From positions 31,691-95,690 of the forward strand of contig JAAEPF010000033.1 of assembly GCA_024222295.1 (NCBI GenBank): a stretch of 64,000 nucleotides of DNA. Reading direction: 5' to 3'. A program made the position numbers and the translations under genes. The DNA comes from Actinomycetes bacterium. GTDB lineage: Bacteria > Actinomycetota > Acidimicrobiia > Acidimicrobiales > Microtrichaceae. Below, in pieces: positions 29,361 to 37,725 of the stretch. The number at the start of each line of letters is the position of its first letter. The stretch's first letter is position 1. Under the pieces are notes generated by a model that was not told the DNA's origin, ran no database searches, and saw nothing but the letters and a program-made list of their open reading frames with translations.

Positions 29361-29563
29361 CGATGACCATCACCCATACCTACGAGGTGCCCGACATCAG
29401 CTGTGGCCATTGTGTGGCTGCGATAGAAGGGGAGGTGGGGCCGCTCGCAGGCGTTGAGTCCGTGAGCGTGGACCTCGACGACAAGTTGGTCACCGTGCTC
29501 GGAGGCGACGACGTCGCGATCCGTGCCGCTATCGACGAAGCGGGCTACGACATCGCCGGCTGA
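29357..29563 (+). CDS. copZ: Heavy-metal-associated (CopZ-like) copper chaperone
   Basis: 68 aa with a CGHC motif ([12 protein letters not shown]) and a ferredoxin-like HMA pattern. ATG overlaps the copA stop (ATGA). Confidence 0.8.
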
Positions 29564-29623
29564 CAGCGCCGCCACTTGCGAAACAGCGTTCCGCCGAGCG
29601 GGACAACCCGTGTGGCTGCGAAT

Positions 29624-30436
29624 ATGGTGACTCCTATGAGCGGTTCACACAGCCAGACCAAGACGATCCCGGAGTTCTTCGCCGAGGCACCCGACACCGA
29701 CTCGATGGAGATCTGGGGCAGGTTCTGGGAGATCCTCGGCGGCCTGAACGACCGGGTGCACGAGCGCTTCGAGCTGAGCCGCCATTCATCGAGTGAGCCG
29801 TACGAGCAGTGGAGCTCCGGATCGTTCGAGGGCTCCCTGAACACCTGGACCGGGCCCGAGGCCGAGTGGGTGGTCCATTCGTGGATCGGAAACCGCGAGC
29901 AGGGAATCCTGGACATGAACTTCCAGGTGTGGCTCGGCCCGCACGTCGACGCCCCACACCTGGTGATCGTGTTCGGCACCATTCCCAAGGTGTTCCACTA
30001 CTCGGATCTGACACCACGCAGGGAGCTGGCCACCAACGTCGGGTACATGCAGAAATACTACGAGCCGGCCAACGACGACTTCCTGGAGTTCCGCGGCGAT
30101 GACCGCTTCACCTGGTCGGTCTCTCACGGCACCTACATGCGCTCGATCATCTCACCGGTCGGCCACAGCTATGTCGCTGAGCGCGACGACGATGTGCTCG
30201 ACACACTCGGCCGGCGCGTCGAGTCGAGGTTCCAGCGGTGGCTCGGCTACGTGGACTCCGCTGACGAGGTGCCGCAAGCGGAGAGGGCTGCGATGTCCGA
30301 GCGCGACCACTTCCTGCGCGAGCACACGTATCGCCTCGACCCGATGAACGCGCTGGCTTCCAACTTCATGGAAGCGGACATGGTAGAGCGTCTGATCGAT
30401 GCCCGCCTGGGCGCCGCCCAGATCAGCGGCAGCTGA
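29624..30436 (+). CDS. Hypothetical protein with pattern-level resemblance to ferredoxin-dependent bilin reductase/RCC-reductase fold
   Basis: WVVHSWIG...ILDMNFQVWLGPHVDAPHLVIVFG...HYSDLTP and the C-terminal HFLREHTYRLDPMNALASNF resemble FDBR core blocks by recall only. Start is ATG 29624 or 29636. Confidence 0.3.
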   Translation: MVTPMSGSHSQTKTIPEFFAEAPDTDSMEIWGRFWEILGGLNDRVHERFELSRHSSSEPYEQWSSGSFEGSLNTWTGPEAEWVVHSWIGNREQGILDMNFQVWLGPHVDAPHLVIVFGTIPKVFHYSDLTPRRELATNVGYMQKYYEPANDDFLEFRGDDRFTWSVSHGTYMRSIISPVGHSYVAERDDDVLDTLGRRVESRFQRWLGYVDSADEVPQAERAAMSERDHFLREHTYRLDPMNALASNFMEADMVERLIDARLGAAQISGS

Positions 30437-31288
30437 TCAGGGTGCCAGCACCGAGGCCAGGAAAGGATCCACGTACGAGGGCCGCATGCAATCGAGGCTG
30501 TGGCCGCAGGTGGAGTCGAGCTGCACGGAGTGAACTGCCGGGTTGCCCGAGGCCGTGATCGCTGCGTCCAGCGTGTGGGCCTGACCAACCGGGACGTAGA
30601 AGTCGTCGTCGTAGTGGATGTGCAGCAGTGGTGGGTCGGCGGCGTCGAGGTGAGTGGTGCTCGACGCGTTGACCAGCGTTGCGGTCAGCGGGTTGAGCCC
30701 GAAGAGGTTGTTGGCTGTGGACGAGCCGGCGCGGTCGGGCCAGTAGGTGCCGCCGCCAACGGAGATCGAGGCGTCGAAGCCCACCTCGGCGTCCTGGACG
30801 TTGTTCCACTCGGCCAGGTGGCCCCCCGCAGACCAGCCCACACCAACCAGCGGTGCCACCGGAGCGGCGAATGCGGATGCGCCGGTGCTGCGCCACCAGT
30901 CAATGGCGCGCTGTACGTCGTTCGGCTGCGCGGGCCAGCGTTGGAATGGAGCCAGCCTGTAGTCGATGCTGACCACGACCCAACCGTTGTCGCGCAGTCT
31001 CTTCACGTTGTTGTGCGCGCCCTGCTGCTTGGAGCCGCCCGTATAGCCACCACCATGGATGTAGACGATCGTGCCGACAGCCGATGCGGTGCATGCCGGC
31101 CAGATGTCGAGCACGTGCTTGATGTCGGGGCCGTAGGACACGTCCATTTGGGCGGGCCCTGCCGGGTCCTGCTGGCCAGTGGTGCACTGGTGGTCGCCGC
31201 CGCCCACGGTCGACGGCGGGTTGGAACACGCTGCTGCCAGCAGCGCCACGCACGCCAGTGTGGCCAGTGCAGCAGTTCGCGTTCGCAT
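30437..31288 (-). CDS. Secreted alpha/beta hydrolase (esterase/lipase-type) lipoprotein
   Basis: Lipobox LLAAAC, oxyanion HGGG (VYIHGGGYTGG), nucleophile elbow GWSAGG. Confidence 0.8.
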   Translation of the reverse strand: MRTRTAALATLACVALLAAACSNPPSTVGGGDHQCTTGQQDPAGPAQMDVSYGPDIKHVLDIWPACTASAVGTIVYIHGGGYTGGSKQQGAHNNVKRLRDNGWVVVSIDYRLAPFQRWPAQPNDVQRAIDWWRSTGASAFAAPVAPLVGVGWSAGGHLAEWNNVQDAEVGFDASISVGGGTYWPDRAGSSTANNLFGLNPLTATLVNASSTTHLDAADPPLLHIHYDDDFYVPVGQAHTLDAAITASGNPAVHSVQLDSTCGHSLDCMRPSYVDPFLASVLAP

Positions 31289-31397
31289 CGATCGTCTCCC
31301 CTCGGCGTCGCCAGCCGATCACCAAACGGTATCGCGATCGACGCTCCGGCGCCCGAATTCGCGATGGGTGAAAACCCTGTCCGAGCTTCGCGGACTG

Positions 31398-31805
31398 TCA
31401 GCCGGAGCCTGGAAGTGAATCAGGTTCGGGGTCAGAGCCCTCGCCGGCGTGTGAGACGCCGGCGACCACGTCGGCGACCCGGCTGCGCACCCAGTCGAGG
31501 GAACCCTTGGGGGACTGGGCGTCGGACCAGCCTGAGAAGGCAGTCTCAACGGCCTCCAGGCCCTGGATAGTGCCCAGGATCTCCACCGTCACCTGATCCG
31601 CGCTGATCTCGGGGACGGCTGTGTCGCCCAGCGGGTCCATCACCAGCGGCTCGCCCGCCTCGCGCATCACGTAGACCTCGCCGGTGTCCTCGACCCAGTT
31701 GAGTTCCCAACGGGTGCCGCCGGAATCGGTCCAGTCCTGGCCGAAGGAGTACTCCCGGGAGCTGCGTCGCTTCGGATTGCCGTCGTAGAAGTGCTCGATG
31801 TCCAT
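31398..31805 (-). CDS. Hypothetical protein
   Basis: 135-aa ORF with good codon bias. No recognised motif. Confidence 0.55.
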   Translation of the reverse strand: MDIEHFYDGNPKRRSSREYSFGQDWTDSGGTRWELNWVEDTGEVYVMREAGEPLVMDPLGDTAVPEISADQVTVEILGTIQGLEAVETAFSGWSDAQSPKGSLDWVRSRVADVVAGVSHAGEGSDPEPDSLPGSG

Positions 31806-31817
31806 TGCGGCGAGAGC

Positions 31818-34322
31818 TTAGGAGACCAGCTCGGGTTCGCGTTCCTCGCCGAGCTCGCGGGCCAGTTCCTCGTCGACGTTCTCGGTGCTGCCCTCAACGT
31901 TGATGTGGGGCACGATTCGGTCCAGCCAGCGGGGCAACCACCAGTTGCGGTCACCCAGCAGTTCCATGGTCGCGGGCACGAGCAGCATCCTCACGATGGT
32001 CGCGTCCAGGAACACGGCCACGGCCAGGCCGAATCCCAACAGCTTGATCGAGCGGTCGTCCTCCAGCATGAAGCTGCCGAACACGAACACCATGATTGCC
32101 GCGGCAGCGGTGATCACCTTGGCGGTCGCCGCCAGGCCGTCGGCGACCGACTCCTTGGAGTCGCCCGTGCGCACCCACTCCTCGTGGATGCGGGACAGCA
32201 GGAACACCTCGTAGTCCATCGACAGGCCGAACACGATGGCGAACATCACCATTGGCAGGAACGGCTCGACCGGGGCAGGTTCCACCCCGAACACGTCCTT
32301 CATCCAGCCCCACTGGAACACGGCCACCATGAGGCCATACGCGGCGCCGATCGAGAGCAGGTTCATCACCACGGCCTTGAATGGCACGAGCAGCGAGCGG
32401 AACACGACCATCAGCAACAGGAAGCTCAACGCGAGCACCGCGCCGAAGAACCAGCCGAGGCGGGCAGAGAGGTAGTCCGAGAAGTCCACCGTCACCGCCA
32501 CGAAGCCGGTCACGTGGATGTCGGTTCCCGGCGGCTCGACCTGGGGGAGGACCTCGTCGCGCAGCGTGTGCACGAGGTCGGTGGTGGCCGCGTCCTGCGG
32601 TGAGGTCTCGGCCTGAACCTGCCAGACGGCCGCGCTCACCTCGGTCGAACCCGGGTCCGTGAGGGTGTTCGGGATCGGGCCCGAGACCGACTGGACCCCG
32701 GGGGTGGCGGAAATCGCCGAGGTGGTGGCCGCCAGAGCGGCCGGGTCGACAGTGCCCTCGATATCGGTGGCGAGCAGGATCTGGCCGTTGGAGCCGGGGC
32801 CGAAACCCTCCGCGAGCAGGTCATACGCCTGGCGGGTGGTGGTGTCCTCGGGATTGTTGCCAGCATCGGAGAACCCGAGTCGCATGCCGAACACCGGCAG
32901 TGCCAACAGGACCAGGACTGCACTGCTGCCCAGGGCGACGGCCCAGGGCCGCGCCTGTACGAAGCGGCTCCAGCGGTACGAGAACGTATCGCGCAACGGC
33001 TTCTCGGGGCGGGCCGGAACCACCTTCTTGAGCGGTGCGAATGCGAGTCCCGCCAGCAGCACCACGACCACCGCAGGCAGCACCACCAGCAGGATGGCCA
33101 TGGGGGCCAGGATCTGCAGGCCGATGCCGAGCAGTCCGACAACCACCAGGGCGGCCGCGATGAGCCCGCGCCAGCGGGTCACCTCGATGCGGCGGCCCGC
33201 GAAGCCGAGCAGTGCCGGAAGCAGTGTCAGTGAGGCGAGCAGTGTCATGGTGACCACGGTCGCCGAGCCGATGGCCAGGCCGTTCACGAAGCTCACGCCC
33301 ATGATGAGCATGCCCATCAGTGAGATCACGACGGTTATGGCTGCGAACGCCACCGCCCGGCCGGAGGTGTCCATCGCGATAGCGACCGACTCCTCCACGT
33401 CGTGGCCTGATGAGAGCTGTTCCCGGTACCGGGTCACGATGAACAGCGCGTAGTCGATTCCCACTCCGAGGCCGATCATGATGCCGAGCGTGGCCGCGAA
33501 GTCAGGCATCGACATCACGTTGGACAGCAGGAGCAACAAGGTGCTCCCGACGCCGATGCCGCCGAGCGCAACGCCGATCGGCAGGCCCATGGCCAGCACG
33601 GACCCGAATGCGGCGATGAGGATGACGATCGCGAACGCGAGCCCGAGGATCTCCGACTGCGGGGGCTCGAAGTCGCCGAAGATCTGCCCGCCGTACTCGA
33701 TGCGCAGGCCGTCGACCGCGGGTGCGAGCGCCTCGACCTCCTCCGCGAACTCGGCGGCCGACTCCTGGTCGGTCTCACCGGGGAGTTCGACGCTCGCGTA
33801 CGCGATCGTGCCGTCGGCGGACACCTGGGAGGGGCCGGCGAGCGTCTCGGGGTCGAGGTCGTCACCCAGGAAGTCCGACATCGCAGCCAGCGCGGCGGCA
33901 GGATCCTGCGCGGGGGGCGAGAACGGTCCGATGACGGTGGTGCCCTCGATCGCGTCGACCTCGGCGAGGTAGTCCTGTACCGCAGCGACGACTGCGGGGT
34001 CGGCGAATGCCTCGTCGTTCTGGAACACGATCTGGCCGGGTGCGCCTGCGCCGAATCCCTCGAAACGGTCCTCGAGCACTTCGAAGCCTGCTCGGCTCTC
34101 GACGTCGGGGAGGTCGAAGTCGGTGCGTACATCACTGCCGACGGCGCCGACCACGCCTCCGAGGAGGAACAGTGCGGCGATCCATGCGAGCACCACTACG
34201 CCGCGACGGCGCACGCACCAGGTGCCGAGTCGAGTGAACACGGATAGCTCCAAGGGGTAACCAGCGAACTGGGGTCCGGCCGGGGGGCGGGAAGTACCAG
34301 ACAAGTCTGCAGATGCGGCCAC
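31818..34322 (-). CDS. MMPL-family (RND superfamily) transporter
   Basis: 834 aa with a duplicated 6-TM plus periplasmic-loop architecture. GIDYALFIVTRYRE and GLSMDYEVFLLSRIHEE are MMPL signatures. GTG 34322 start is uncertain. Confidence 0.88.
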   Translation of the reverse strand: MAASADLSGTSRPPAGPQFAGYPLELSVFTRLGTWCVRRRGVVVLAWIAALFLLGGVVGAVGSDVRTDFDLPDVESRAGFEVLEDRFEGFGAGAPGQIVFQNDEAFADPAVVAAVQDYLAEVDAIEGTTVIGPFSPPAQDPAAALAAMSDFLGDDLDPETLAGPSQVSADGTIAYASVELPGETDQESAAEFAEEVEALAPAVDGLRIEYGGQIFGDFEPPQSEILGLAFAIVILIAAFGSVLAMGLPIGVALGGIGVGSTLLLLLSNVMSMPDFAATLGIMIGLGVGIDYALFIVTRYREQLSSGHDVEESVAIAMDTSGRAVAFAAITVVISLMGMLIMGVSFVNGLAIGSATVVTMTLLASLTLLPALLGFAGRRIEVTRWRGLIAAALVVVGLLGIGLQILAPMAILLVVLPAVVVVLLAGLAFAPLKKVVPARPEKPLRDTFSYRWSRFVQARPWAVALGSSAVLVLLALPVFGMRLGFSDAGNNPEDTTTRQAYDLLAEGFGPGSNGQILLATDIEGTVDPAALAATTSAISATPGVQSVSGPIPNTLTDPGSTEVSAAVWQVQAETSPQDAATTDLVHTLRDEVLPQVEPPGTDIHVTGFVAVTVDFSDYLSARLGWFFGAVLALSFLLLMVVFRSLLVPFKAVVMNLLSIGAAYGLMVAVFQWGWMKDVFGVEPAPVEPFLPMVMFAIVFGLSMDYEVFLLSRIHEEWVRTGDSKESVADGLAATAKVITAAAAIMVFVFGSFMLEDDRSIKLLGFGLAVAVFLDATIVRMLLVPATMELLGDRNWWLPRWLDRIVPHINVEGSTENVDEELARELGEEREPELVS

Positions 34323-34422
34323 CGCGCTGCCAACGTTTCGGGCGTGACATCTGGCCTAGCCGCCCGGGGAATATGGACGTCGATTGCGCAGCGGCGCCGC
34401 TGCCGTGTGCGAGGCTTGGCGC

Positions 34423-36117
34423 GTGAGTGAGTTGCGGTCCGCAGACAACCCTGACGTGGCGGGCGCATCCGCCATCGTCCTGCCGTTGCTTGCGGTCACA
34501 CAGTTCCTCATGACGGTGGACACGACCGTCATGAACGTGTCGATCTCGGCGCTGGTCGAGGACCTCGACACCGACGTGGCCTCCATCCAGGGTGTGATCA
34601 CCGCCTACACGCTCGTGATGGCGGCGTCGATGATCACCGGTGGCAAGCTCGGTGACATCCTCGGGAGACGCCGGGCGCTGCGGATCGGCCTCATCGTCTA
34701 CGGCACGGGTTCCGCCATCACAGCCATCTCACCCAACGTGGCGGTGCTTCTCATCGGCTGGTCAGTTCTCGAAGGTCTCGGGGCGGCGCTGATCATGCCT
34801 TCGATCGTGGCGCTCATCGCGGGGAACTTCACCGGCCGCAAGCGCGCCAGTGCTTACGGGGTTCTTGCGGCGTCCGCGGCCGTGGCTGTGGCTGCCGGCC
34901 CGATCATCGGCGGCTTCGTGACCGCCAGCTTCTCGTGGCGCTGGGTCTTCGTGGCCGAGGTGTTCATCGCCGGAGGGATCCTCGTGCTCACGGGCAAGGT
35001 CCCCGACGTCGAGATGGCGGAGCCGAAACCGAAACTCGACCTCGTGGGCGCCGGGCTGTCTGCCATGGGGCTGGCACTGCTCGTGTTCGGTGTGCTGCAG
35101 TCATCCAGCTGGGGCTGGATCAGCCCCAAGGTGGCGGAGTCGACACCCGGCGGACCCGACGCCACTCCAGCGATCGCCGGGATCTCGGTGACCATCTTCC
35201 TCATCCTCGGCGGGTTGGTGGTCCTGTGGTGGTTCACCCTGTGGTTGTCCCGGCTGAAGAAGCGCAACGCCGACCCACTCTTTGACCCCGACCTGCTCGA
35301 CAACCGCCAGCTCAAGGGCGGCCTCTTGCTGATCGGCGCTCAGTACCTGATCACCAACGGTGTGTTCTTCACGATTCCGCTGTTCCTGTCGATCGTGCTC
35401 GGCCTCGACTCGTTCCAGACCGGGTTGCGCATGCTCCCTCTCTCGATTGCCCTGATCGTCGTTGCGCCGGCCGTGCCGAAGTTGCTGCCGGCGGCGTCGC
35501 CCCGCAAGGTCGTGAGAGGCGGACTGTTGTTGCTCGCGGGGGCTACCGGGCTGCTCGCCGTGCTGCTCGACCGCGCCGGCGTCGGCGCCGAGTCGGTCAC
35601 GGTGCCGTTCCTGCTCATGGGGGCAGGCCTGGGGCTGCTGGCGTCACAACTGGGCAACGTGATCGTGAGCTCCGAGCCCGTGGAACGCAGCAGCGAGGTG
35701 GGCGGCCTGCAGTACACCAGCCAGAACCTCGGCGCCTCGCTGGGCACGGCGCTGATCGGCGCTGTGGTGATCGGCTCGCTGTCGTCGCTGCTCATCTCCG
35801 GCATCTCTTCGTCCCCCGAGATCGACGACGAACTGCAGGAGGTCGCCACCACTTCGGTCAGCGCAGGGGTCGACTTCGTCTCCGACGCCGCCCTCGAAGA
35901 AGCCCTCGCCCAGACGTCCCTCACCGCTGAGGAGTCGGACGCCATAGTCGACGCCAACGCGACCGCGAGGATCGGGGCGCTGCAGCGAGGGATGATCGCG
36001 GCATGCCTGTTCGCGCTCCTGGCACTCTTCTTCACCCGTAGGGTGCCGCGCGAGCCCCTGACGGCCCCAGAATCCGCGACGGCAGCTAAGGCACAGGACG
36101 GAGCACGAGATGACTGA
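34423..36117 (+). CDS. MFS transporter, DHA2 (14-TMS, EmrB/QacA-like) family
   Basis: LAVTQFLMTVDTTVMNVSI, GKLGDILGRRR motif, about 14 TM segments. Start is GTG 34423 or TTG 34384. Confidence 0.82.
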   Translation: MSELRSADNPDVAGASAIVLPLLAVTQFLMTVDTTVMNVSISALVEDLDTDVASIQGVITAYTLVMAASMITGGKLGDILGRRRALRIGLIVYGTGSAITAISPNVAVLLIGWSVLEGLGAALIMPSIVALIAGNFTGRKRASAYGVLAASAAVAVAAGPIIGGFVTASFSWRWVFVAEVFIAGGILVLTGKVPDVEMAEPKPKLDLVGAGLSAMGLALLVFGVLQSSSWGWISPKVAESTPGGPDATPAIAGISVTIFLILGGLVVLWWFTLWLSRLKKRNADPLFDPDLLDNRQLKGGLLLIGAQYLITNGVFFTIPLFLSIVLGLDSFQTGLRMLPLSIALIVVAPAVPKLLPAASPRKVVRGGLLLLAGATGLLAVLLDRAGVGAESVTVPFLLMGAGLGLLASQLGNVIVSSEPVERSSEVGGLQYTSQNLGASLGTALIGAVVIGSLSSLLISGISSSPEIDDELQEVATTSVSAGVDFVSDAALEEALAQTSLTAEESDAIVDANATARIGALQRGMIAACLFALLALFFTRRVPREPLTAPESATAAKAQDGARDD

Positions 36118-37465
36118 CGACGGTGACGAACCCGAGGTGGAGCCGGAGTCGGAGGCTCCGGACCTGGAGGCGCTGCGCGAGGAGAACATGCGGCTCCGCG
36201 AGGAGCTCGACCACCTGAGCAACGCGGAGGCAGCGGATGCGGAGCGCAAGAGGGGCAAGCAGCGACGCCGCGCGTCGATAGCGCTCGCAGTGGTGGCAGC
36301 GCTGCTGCTGCCACCGTCGGTCATGACGGTATGGGTGCGAAACCGGTTGCTCGACACGAATACCTACCTGGAAACCGTCGAGCCCCTGGCAACCGACCCG
36401 GCGATCCAGGATGCCGTCGCGAACACCATCGCAGAAGAGGTCGAGGGTGCCATCGACCTCGAGTCAACGGTCAAGGAGGTGCTGCCCTCCGATCTTGCGC
36501 CGCTGGCGTCGTTGATCGCCGCTGGGGGCAACAACCTCATATCGGAGCTGTCGACCAAGGCGGTGCAGAGCGATCAGTTCGCGCAGATATGGACCGCGGC
36601 CAACCGCGAGGCCCACAAGACCCTCGTGCTGGCCCTGACGGGCCAGGAAGGGGAGGTGCTCGACTTCTCCGACGGCAAGATCGTGCTGCCGCTGGACAAG
36701 CTCGTGCAGACCGTGCTCGGGGGGATCGACGACGCGACCGGCCTGGACCTCGAAAGCAGGGCTCCTGACATCAGCGGCGAGTTCGTGCTGTTCGAGTCCG
36801 ACGACCTGGCGGAGATCCAGAGCCTCGTGCGCTTCTTCGACATGCTGTCCTGGTTCCTGCCGATCCTCACCTTGTTGCTGCTGGTCGGCGCGGTGCTCGT
36901 GGCACCGGACCGCCGCCTCGGGGTCCGAAGGGCCGGAATCGCGGTGGCCGTCCCGATGCTTCTGACGCTCGGTGTGGTGGCCCTCGGACGCGACCTGTAC
37001 CTCAACGCGCTGACCGGCGTGGTGCAGAGCACCGCAGCAGCGGAGGCCGCATTCGACATCATCACGAACTTCCTGCGAATGGCGTTGCGAGCCGGCCTGG
37101 CCATCGGCATCGTCATCGGGCTGGGCGCATGGCTCGTGGGTCCGTCAGCCTCCGCGGAGAAGGTGCGCAGTTGGGGCCGCCTGGCGCTGGGAAAGATCGA
37201 CGACCACACGGGGGAGCGCGATCTCGGACCGGTGCCCAGGTGGGTGCAGGCGAACCGCGGGCCCCTCAGCTGGGCGGTCGTGGCACTCGGGGCGATCGTG
37301 CTGGTCGCGTGGCGGCATCCCGATGGTGGAGTCGTGCTGGGGATCGCTGCGGCAGTGGCCGTAGGGGTCGCGATCGTGTGGGCAATCGGTGCTGCCGCGA
37401 ATCCGGAACCGGAAGGCGACGACGCTACAGTGGCGCCTTCCCAGCCTGAACCGGAGAAGACATGA
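36110..37465 (+). CDS. Membrane protein of unknown function (acidic coiled N-terminus, several TM segments)
   Basis: 451-aa ORF overlapping the MFS stop by 8 nt. TM segments flank a large extracytoplasmic region. Confidence 0.6.
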   Translation: MTDDGDEPEVEPESEAPDLEALREENMRLREELDHLSNAEAADAERKRGKQRRRASIALAVVAALLLPPSVMTVWVRNRLLDTNTYLETVEPLATDPAIQDAVANTIAEEVEGAIDLESTVKEVLPSDLAPLASLIAAGGNNLISELSTKAVQSDQFAQIWTAANREAHKTLVLALTGQEGEVLDFSDGKIVLPLDKLVQTVLGGIDDATGLDLESRAPDISGEFVLFESDDLAEIQSLVRFFDMLSWFLPILTLLLLVGAVLVAPDRRLGVRRAGIAVAVPMLLTLGVVALGRDLYLNALTGVVQSTAAAEAAFDIITNFLRMALRAGLAIGIVIGLGAWLVGPSASAEKVRSWGRLALGKIDDHTGERDLGPVPRWVQANRGPLSWAVVALGAIVLVAWRHPDGGVVLGIAAAVAVGVAIVWAIGAAANPEPEGDDATVAPSQPEPEKT

Positions 37466-37716
37466 TCATCCTCGCCATCCTCGGAATCGGCATGTTCGCC
37501 GGCTGGTTCGCGAACCTCGTGCTCGGTGGCGGCACCCAGCCCAAGGACTGGGGCGAGGTGCTCGTGGCCGGAGTCGTGGGGTCCTTCGTGGGTGGGTTGC
37601 TCGGCAGTCTGATCTGGAGCGACGATCTGGCGATCCATCCGAGCGGCATCATCGGCTCGGTCGTGGGAGCCATCATCGTGCTCGCCATCTGGCGCGCCGT
37701 ACGCTCCCGTTCCTGA
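37462..37716 (+). CDS. GlsB/YeaQ/YmgE-family (transglycosylase-associated) small membrane protein
   Basis: 84 aa. GIGMFAGWFANLVLGG...GSFVGGLLG...GSVVGAIIVLAIW. ATG overlaps the upstream stop (ATGA). Confidence 0.75.
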   Translation: MIILAILGIGMFAGWFANLVLGGGTQPKDWGEVLVAGVVGSFVGGLLGSLIWSDDLAIHPSGIIGSVVGAIIVLAIWRAVRSRS

Positions 37717-37725
37717 GCAGGCAAC

